Source: Chiloscyllium plagiosum (taxonomy: Eukaryota). Taken from it: a stretch of 44,401 nt of DNA. The notes under the pieces were generated by a model. It worked only from the letters and a program-made list of their open reading frames with translations. It was not told the origin of the DNA and did not search any database. This document shows positions 36,545 to 44,401 of this stretch, one piece after another. Position 1 is the stretch's first letter. Every line of letters begins with the position of its first letter. The DNA lies in assembly GCF_004010195.1 (NCBI RefSeq), contig NC_057718.1, positions 42,521,338-42,565,738 of the forward strand, in the 5' to 3' direction. Both the position numbers and the translations under genes were made by a program.

Positions 36545-38235
36545 TAAGTCTGAGTTGCAATGAGTTTTTTGGAGGGTTTTCTGCCAGAAGACCTCGAGAG
36601 ATTTCACGCCATATCTTACCAAATTTGTCTCATTAACCAACTACCCTATTTTTGTGACATTCATCAAGTCCAATTCGAGCCCCATTTAATCAAATGCCTC
36701 TCCCAGAAAAACTCCCCACTTAAGGATATCTGCTAAAAGACTGCCATCCCTTGTGATTGTGCCATCTTTAAAAGCCCATTTTGCACCCAGTCACGCACTG
36801 TCAGTCCAGAGCTGGCCTGCATGGTTCCTGACACTTGTCCCAGATACAGCAGACAGGGGAAAGTCAGCACTCCACTGTCCAAGCAGGCACCCAGGTCTTC
36901 TGCTGGATTAGACTGTACAGAAGTAGTCCTTCCTCATCCCCAGATCATGACAGTAGTCTCAGCTCTCTGAAAGAATGTAAAGAAGATTAATTACTTTCTC
37001 CACGCTGCCAGCATAAATGCAATTGTTTTTCCTTCAATACCTCATTCTCAGTCCATCTCCGCTACTGTGCCCAGCTCTCAGCAAGCCTCATGCTGTATCA
37101 TTCTGCAACATCATCCCTACACTTGTCACCTATCTCACTTACTGACATCACTAACCCTTCAAGCCATCATCGCTGCCTGCTCAGGACACCTCCTTACTTG
37201 CACCAAAAGAAGAAGCTGTGCTATGTCCCACATTTTAATATCCCTGGATTCCTGTCTGTCATTCCTGAAAGGCAACAGCCTCTGATAGGTCCAACATTCA
37301 ACTCCCTACCCCTTGTATGGAAAGCTCCCTGACTATTAGTACTGCAGATGCTGCGGAGTCAGAGTCGAAAAGTGTGGTGCTGGGAAAGCACAGCAGGTTA
37401 GGTAGTATCCGAAGAGCAGGAGAGTCGACATTTCGGGCACAGACTGACTGGCTGTTTTCCAAGCTCCTGGACTGACATCAGAGGCCTTGACCCACAGTGT
37501 TGGGAGCCCCTGAGTGATAGCTATGCCTCCTTGACTTGACTGAGGTCTGCTGAAGACCATGACACCCTTCCTGTCTTTGTCTCTGTGCTATATGGTAAAG
37601 CAATCGGAAGTAATATGAGCTTAGTGTCTCTTGCTGAAGGAGCAAAGCGCAAAAAGGGCAAAGCAAAGCCATGCAAGGCAAGGATACTGACAGCATCCAG
37701 GCTGACTCAAAGTGAATGTGTGCTAAGAGCTGGAGATGCAGCCTGCTGCAGTCCATGAGCTGGCTGCATGCCTCTGAAAGCAGTGTCTTTGCAGCAGCAT
37801 TGCAGTATAGAGACATCCTTTAAGTGGATTGCACATGTGGGATGAGGCTTCTTAGCTGGTGTGTCTCAGATGCCAATGACTGTGGACATTGGATGTGTGT
37901 AACTGGTGCCAAGGAGCATGCCCTGACATGTTGGTGTCCGGTGTCCAGAGCTGAATTTGGCAGGTACTCGCTGTGTATCCTATATCGAATTAACATTTAG
38001 ATTGTTTGGAGAGTTTTGATAAGATACAAATCTGAGTATTATTGAAACATATTGGGCTGTCATCAAGGTGTTTAATCTGTGATAATTCCCCTCAGTTGAC
38101 AACTTCCTATTGCCTCACAAGAAACTTTCCACTTGACTTGTGCAAAGAGCATAAGAAATAAAGTGAGGTGCACTGAACATCAAGATCGGCCTCACCAGGT
38201 CTGATTCTGCCACAAATCTATAAATAGGCCATGTT
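36545..38235 (+). mobile_element. Probable PIF/Harbinger-derived DNA transposon relic
   Basis: GC-richer block. 36971-37012 reads KNVKKINYFLHAAS, resembling the QCRKKxNDLLRAAR end of Harbinger Myb/SANT proteins. Termini are not resolved. Confidence 0.4.
37340..37440 (-). mobile_element. Penelope pseudo-LTR end fragment
   Basis: actgcagatgctgcggagtcagagtcgaaaagtgtggtgctgggaaagcacagcagg...gtcgacatttcgggca matches 27080-27175. Confidence 0.88.
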
Positions 38236-38971
38236 ATTCAGACTCTGCCCATTGTAAACAATACATGTTCACAATTATGTTCCCTCTCCAAGTTTACTGG
38301 GTATGTGAGCATTTAAAATTCTAACTTGTAACTAATACATAAACAGTGTATTTTCAATAACAAATTGATTCTGTAGCTACTGATCTGAGATCAATATTTG
38401 CACTGTAACTCCAACCATCATAATTTATTCCTTGCACAGGGATTGAAATGTCTTCAGTTTTGTTTTAGTATAATTGCTACTTTTAAATTGCATGTTTTAA
38501 AATTGTAATAAATATATAGTTATTGAATCTTACATCAGATTTTAATCTAACATTGCAATTGATGCATAACTTCCTCAAAATCATTGATTATTTGCTGTAA
38601 AATAAATATGCTAGCAGTAGACATTCACATCTAAAGGCTTTTATATCTGAGTCGGTTAACCATAATTTCATTTTAGTTTATGAAGAAACTTCCTCTGAAA
38701 CGTTTTTACTCTCCTATCACCAAATAAGTACATCCTCCATATCTGTAATGAATTAAAAACTTGGAAGATGGAGCATGCAGCCATTATCTGTTGTGTAATT
38801 GTTCATGCATATTATGGTGTAAAGCTTCTATAGAAAATGCAATAACAATGTCAATGTTTGATTTTAATGACCTTTTAACATATCTGAGCTTCATTCTCAC
38901 ATCTTGTCATCAGAAATTTCAGATTGTGTTGATGCCTTGTAATACTCTCACTCATCTTTTGCTCTTTATAG

Positions 38972-38977
38972 TAAAAT
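38972..38977 (+). CDS. Candidate 6-nt microexon TAAAAT (phase-preserving)
   Basis: Preceded by ctcactcatcttttgctctttatag| and followed immediately by the U12 donor consensus GTATCCTTT. Confidence 0.4.
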
Positions 38978-40189
38978 GTATCCTTTTACGGATCCAGATA
39001 ACCAAAAATGGATTTTGTCTTTTCGAACTGTCTTTGATTACAAAACATTTTTTTCTAACATCATCTTCAGTTCACTGTTAACTCCCCTCCCCCTCACATT
39101 GTCAATACACATCTAATTCCACTTTAACAGCAGTAATTGGCTGATAGAGTAGAAGGTATAGATTTATTTTCCTGATGACTCCTTGACTTTTTCTTCTGGT
39201 AATACTAATAGAATTCCAAATCCTTGCTGGTGTGATCATGTCATGAGTAGGTCAACAGTCATGTCAAGGTCCTATTGGAAACTTCATAGCTAACATCTTA
39301 ATTTAGACTTAGCTATCTTTTTCATGTATGAGCAATTGTAGGCAATTCTTTTGAGTCTTGCACTCATTCCGTTATATCAGAACTCATTTAATTCAGTTGG
39401 AGTCAATTCTGTGTGTGAATAATTATATTTGCTAGCATTCAATGGGCACCAGTCTATAGTGAAGACTTTGTGAACTGTAATTTTTTTGACTGATATAAAA
39501 TCCGCTGGGAACAAAAACAAATCTTATGATGTTTATTCGCATTTATGGAATTAATTGGAACTCTAAATTGTTTTGATTGATGGTCCCGAATAGATCGAGT
39601 TGCAATAGTTATGTACAGAATGATAATTAGTGCACATTAGTGTTCTGGGTTTTCACGAACCCAAAGCTGTTAGAAAAGCTTAACATTTAACATATTAAAA
39701 TGTCAGGCTACCATAGGAAGCAGGAGGATGTGATTTTTTTTAAGATAGCCTAAGAACTTGTATCAATCAATTGTAATATGAAGAGTTATTTTGACTCCCT
39801 TTTAACCATGATTTATGTTGCAATGATTGGGAAGACATTTTGGTTAAGTAGTTGTTTTCAATTGAAGAGTACCAGGAATCCACTTTAAAACATAATTTTT
39901 CATCAGCAAAAATTAATTTGCCTATGGTGGGTTGTTCTTTTTCACCTTGAAGGCAGTATAGTTTGGTCAGGCAGCCATAAAATGATCCCTTTGTGTCTAG
40001 TTGGATGGTCAGATCGGTGCCAGTTTCAATTAGTCGAATGTTATTCTATTGCCCATTTGTACTACAGCTGCAAATTCACATTTGTTGCAAATTTGCTACT
40101 TAATTGTAGCAGATGGTCAATTTTAAATGAAGACGAGTTATTTACTCCAGTGGTATATGGAATAAAGTTTTAACTATATGCCCTCAAAG
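38978..40189 (+). other. Candidate U12-type (minor spliceosome) GT-AG intron
   Basis: The 5' end GTATCCTTTT is a perfect U12 donor. The 3' end gttttaactatatgccctcaaag has a TTTTAAC branch-like motif ~15 nt before the AG and no polypyrimidine tract. Confidence 0.5.
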
Positions 40190-40283
40190 GTGGCTTGAGC
40201 TGCTGAGCAGGAGCCTGTTATCAGCCAGTTGTACTACCTCCAGTAACGCATTCGAAGAAAATGCAATCCCTCCTGGCGTATAG
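40190..40283 (+). CDS. Candidate terminal coding exon: WLELLSRSLLSASCTTSSNAFEENAIPPGV-stop (phase-2 entry)
   Basis: GC-richer open frame after aag|, TAG at 40281-40283, no good donor, and AATAAA ~180 nt downstream. Confidence 0.45.
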
Positions 40284-40465
40284 ACAGAATTGAAACAGCC
40301 TGTGAACTATGAATTAATTCCTTTTGGATCAGAATTGGATAGTATTATGATCTTTGCACTGTGATCTTCCAAAGAAGAATTCTGGAGACCCAGGAATTAA
40401 CCACAGAACTACAACAGAAAATTTCATAATTGTTAACAAACTTTAGTGTATATTGAAAAGAAGTA

Positions 40466-40471
40466 AATAAA
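40466..40471 (+). promoter_or_regulatory. Candidate polyadenylation signal
   Basis: AATAAA downstream of the candidate stop and before the RTE element begins. The hexamer is common in AT-rich DNA. Confidence 0.3.
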
Positions 40472-40539
40472 GTAAGCACTACTCGTAGTATAACTTGTAA
40501 AGATAAGATCATGTATTTGCGATGAGTGGCCTCCCATAC

Positions 40540-42062
40540 TGTATTTCAGTGGGGATTTGTATTGGCAACCTTGTTGATTGTTGACTTCATCTAAAAGAAG
40601 AAAAGCATGCCAAAGAGATCCAAGATGTCATAATTGTGACCATCTTTAAGAAAGGAGATGGGACTAATTGCAGTTAACTATAGAAGGGTTTCCTTGACAC
40701 CAGCCACAAAGAAGGTAATTGCAAGAGGTCTCCTCAGTTGTCTAGTCTTAGTGGTTGAAGAGCTCCTCTTGGGATTCACAATGCAGATTTGTCCATCAAG
40801 AAGCATAGTAGAAATGATTTTCACAGCAAGACAAATCCAAGAAAAATGTGGAGAGCATGCAACTTCTTATACATGGCCTTCTTTGATTTCCTAAAGGCCT
40901 TCAACTCTATCAGCCAGTACAGATTGTAGAACATCCCCCTTAAATTTGGCTGCCAGCACAAATAAGTTAGCATCCTCCACTGGTATGCCAAATGCAGGCC
41001 ATGATCATCACAGCAGATCTACCAGACCGTCTCTCTGAGTACAAACTAGGGTTTAAAAAGGGCAGTGTCACTACACCAACACTCTCTTCTTCAGCTTCCT
41101 CATAACCTGCAAAATTCCACCTCATACCCCAGAACTTCCCTAGAATGCAGTTTCTCCAATTTTTCAACTTACGTCACCCTAATCAGGAATCAATACTATC
41201 CTAACCTCTGTCATTAAGCTATGTATGCAGATGAAAATTGCATATGCCACACTCAAGCTGAGCTCCAAACCATTGTTGATTCATTCGTAGAAGGATATGA
41301 GAGAACGAACCTTGGCTAAAATCTGGAGAATATGATCCTTTACCAGCCTGCTCCCATCACACAATACAGTTCCCTGATCATCAATATCCATGGCAAGCCG
41401 CTGGACAATGTAGATCAATCCTCATACTCCGGGAGCTTCCTTTCAGCAATGGCAGATATCAATGATGGTCCACTACTGCCTCTAATTTTCCAAGGCAGCC
41501 TTAACTATCTGAGTAGTAGAGTGATACCAATGACCTCAAACCTGGCACCAAGCTCATGGCCTACAGGGCAACAGTGTTACCTGTCCTGGTGTATGCATCA
41601 GAGATATGGACAATGACCAGCAGATGTCTCCAATCCCTTGAGAATTTTCACCAGTGATGCCACCACAAAATCCTGCAAATCCAAGTGACAGGATGGAACT
41701 CCTATTCCCTTTTCAACATAGCAAACAGTTATCTGGAAGACAGAGGAAACACTTTGGGGACATCCTCAAATCGTCCGTGGAAAAAAATGCAACATCCTCA
41801 CGGACTCTTGAGATTTTGTTTCCCAATACCACCCAAACTGGAAAAGAAGCATGTACAAAACTGTCACCCACTTTCAGCAACTCTGAAAGGCCTGGATGTA
41901 TGCCAAGTGCAAATAGTGAAAGGAATGAGTGAAAGCCCCAAGCATTCCCGCTACCTGTCTCATCAGCCATTACCTGTCCCACATGTGACATGTGAGGAAT
42001 CAGCATTGGGACTATTTAGACACTTAAAGACCACAATTCCAGGGTGAAAGAAAGTCATCATC
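40540..42062 (+). mobile_element. RTE-clade LINE, 5'-truncated and decayed
   Basis: DVIIVTIFKKGD...NYRRVSL...KVIARGLL...MIFTARQIQEKC...YMAFFD, YADE, and GRQRKHFGDILKSS are characteristic RTE/BovB-type RT and C-terminal motifs. Confidence 0.9.
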
Positions 42063-42065
42063 TCT

Positions 42066-42353
42066 TACAGTTCCAGCTTCAGGCAACTGTCAGTGTGGAG
42101 TTTGCATATTCTTCCTGTGTCTGCATGGGTTTCCTCTGGATGCTTCGATTTCTTTCCACAGTCCAAAAATGTCCCGTTTAGATAGATTGGCGATGCTAAA
42201 TTGCCGTTAGTGTCCAGGATGTGAAGGCTAAGTGGGTTATGCAGGATTATGGGGAAGGGTTTGTTGTGTGAGTCTGATTAGGATGCTGTTCGAAGGGTCA
42301 ATGTGGACAGGGTAGGTCGAATGGCTGCTTCCACACTGTAAGTATTCTATGAC
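42066..42353 (+). mobile_element. HE1 SINE lacking most of its head
   Basis: gtgtggagtttgcatattcttcctgtgtctgcatgggtttcctctgg...gatgctaaattgcc...ttccacactgtaagtattctatga. Confidence 0.88.
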
Positions 42354-42369
42354 TAGACACTGAGAGTTC

Positions 42370-42745
42370 ATGTCTACAAGAGTTTAGAAGAGTTAGGAAT
42401 GAATTGATTGAAATGTATAAGATCCTGAATGTTCTTGACAAGTGGGAAAGATATTTCCTCTTGTAAGTAAGTCCAGAAATAGAGGCACTGTTTTAAAATT
42501 AATGGTCTCTCTTTTAGGACAGAAATTACTTTATTTTTCCCACAAAGACACTTTTGCAACTTTGGAACTCTTTGCTTCAGAAGGTCGTCGAAACAGGGTG
42601 TCTGAATGTTTTAAAGATAGAAGAAAATAGATTCTTGTTAGGCAAGAGAATCAAAAATGATTGCAGGTAAACAGAATAGACCAGCCATGATCTTGTTTAA
42701 TAGCAGCATGCTAGAGGGGCCAAATGGCCTACTTTGACTCATGTT
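42370..42745 (+). mobile_element. Old CR1 3' end
   Basis: gagtttagaagagttaggaatgaattgattgaaatgtataagatcctg (EFRR.R.DLIE.YKIL) and tail caaatggcctacttt. Confidence 0.75.
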
Positions 42746-42837
42746 TTGTTTGTCTGTTCATGTGGACCTTCCAATAACTTTTGGCTTTTTTGCACTTTCC
42801 AATTATTTTGCCAAACTCTTGATGATGGCTCCTACTG

Positions 42838-43420
42838 GTCATAGTCATAGCACAGAAACAGACCCTTCGGTCCAACTCGTCCTTGCCCACCGGATGTCCC
42901 AATTTAATCACGTCCCACTTGCCAGCACCCGGCCCAAACCCTTCCTATTCTTATACCCATCCAAATGCCTTTTAAATGTTGCAATCGTATCAGCCTCCAC
43001 CACTTCCTCTGGCAGCTCATTCCATACATGCACCACCCTCTGTAGGAAAATGTTGCTCCTTGGGTCCCTTTTATATCTTTCTCCTCTCACCATAAACCTA
43101 TGCCGTCAATTTCTGAATTCCCCCCACCTCCAGGGAAAAGACCTTGTCTATTTACCCTATACATGCCCTTCATGATTTTATAAACCTCTATAAGGTCACA
43201 CCTTGGCCTCCGATGCTCCAGCGAAAACAGCCCCAGCCTATTCAGCCTCTCCCTATTGCTCAAATCCTCCAATCCTGGCAACATTCTTGTAAATCTTTTC
43301 TGAACCCTTTCAAGTTTCACAACGTCCTTCCGATAGGAAGGAAACCAGAATTGCACGCAATATTCCAAAAGTGGCCTAACCAACATACTGTACAGCCGCA
43401 ACATGACCTCCCAACTCCTA
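42838..43420 (-). mobile_element. HER1/CR1 LINE 3' end
   Basis: Minus ORF 43087..43437 LVRPLLEYCVQFWFPSYRKDVVKLERVQKRFTRMLPGLE...DLIEVYKIMKG. Confidence 0.95.
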
Positions 43421-44271
43421 TGTTGGCCCACGTGCAACTCCTGCTCAGTAGCTTAAAACACCAGAAAACACTGTTGGTTACCAATTGCAATGGTTTTCAA
43501 CTGCAACCAAGTTTATTACTTCCCTAACTCCGACTGCAGCAATGTTAGCTGTCAATTATTGAGAGGACTATTGAGGATTCCTTCATTTAGATTCCAGCTA
43601 AACAAATATTCCAATCAGTTTTCCCCTTTGCAACGTAATCTTTTATTGAATACTAGCTTCCAATCACATGCTGTGTCATGGACGATGCATCTGGCATTTA
43701 TTCTGCTTCACACATAGGGCTGGCTATTTCTCTTGACTTATTAGGAGCTACAAGCTGCACAAGACCCAAAGCTGGCACGAGCCCTCAGCTGCTTTTCCAA
43801 ATGTCATCCAGTCTTGCCTGTTGGCTGCGCGCTGATTGAATTCACAAAGATAAACTTATAAACCAAGAATCTTATGATACTCCACCCATCTTCATGTTAG
43901 TGTGACACTCATGGATTGTTTTCGGGTAGATTTACAAATTAAACATCTTCTAATTCCAAAACTTTCCTTAATTCTAGGAAATCATCTTTTTTTTGTTTAA
44001 TAACTGCAGGCTTACTGTCTCCTGTTCTTTACTGAAATAAACACACTTGCCATTTTACAACACCCATCCTTTTACTCAGATTTTATCCAGTAAAAGTAAG
44101 TTTTGTGTTTTGAGTTGTATGGCAAATTTATGTGGTTTACCAAGTTTTACAAAGTCTCTAGATATTTACCAAATTTTTATTTTCTCCACTCATCTTAATT
44201 TAAAATTTAGTTTCTAAACCAATAAAGCTTCACCTTAAAACAGCTATGGAACTAGGAATATATAACAACAG

Positions 44272-44314
44272 CGGGGTAAAAACAATGACTGCAGATGCTG
44301 GTAACCAGATTCTG
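44272..44314 (-). mobile_element. Penelope pseudo-LTR terminus interrupted by an HE1 SINE
   Basis: gggtaaaaacaatgactgcagatgctggtaaccagattctg carries the same (ct/ca)gcagatgctg terminus as 27080 and 37340. Confidence 0.65.
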
Positions 44315-44401
44315 GATTAGATTAGATTAGATTAGATTAGATTACTTACAGTGTGGAAACAGGCCCTTCGGCCCAACAAGTCCACACCGCCCCACCGAAG
44401 C
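44315..44401 (-). mobile_element. Young HE1 SINE 3' end with (GATTA)n tail, running off the window
   Basis: Reverse complement of 15118-15207 (ttacagtgtggaaacaggcccttcggcccaac...). Confidence 0.93.

Noticed and set aside
40190..40400. Alternative frame CGLSC-TGA read as selenocysteine, with a SECIS-like ATGA-tctttg...caaaga hairpin
   Set aside because: The stem is only ~6 bp, with no proper helix II or apical AA, so it does not fit SECIS geometry.
43420..43907. Possible minus-strand LTR (TG...tgtgaca, tttatt motifs)
   Set aside because: There is no TSD, partner LTR or internal sequence, so the evidence is too thin to call.

Overview
AT-rich eukaryotic genomic DNA. The repeat content points to a cartilaginous fish, probably a carpet or bamboo shark; this is inferred from the HE1 SINE/HER1 LINE pair and shark-type Penelope terminal repeats. 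Roughly half or more of the window is decayed mobile elements: CR1/HER1 LINEs, a second CR1-group LINE whose 5' end is a tRNA-like SINE head, HE1 and Deu-type SINEs, Penelope-like elements with hammerhead-ribozyme remnants, a Gypsy pol fossil, an RTE LINE, a probable solo LTR and a Harbinger-like relic. None encodes an intact protein, and nearly all ORF-track entries are repeat debris or chance. Repeat-free islands hold a phase-compatible chain of small + strand exon candidates (11072, 25113, 31826, a 6-nt microexon at 38972, and a terminal exon at 40190 with AATAAA), suggesting the 3' end of a large-intron gene I cannot name. Its last intron looks U12-type (GTATCCTTT donor). Other notable items are an exact 43-bp templated insertion, a Penelope palindrome with a 17-bp target-site duplication, and an unexplained diverged ~240-bp direct repeat. 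Family assignments come from recalled consensus sequences, not database searches. Boundaries of old repeats are approximate.
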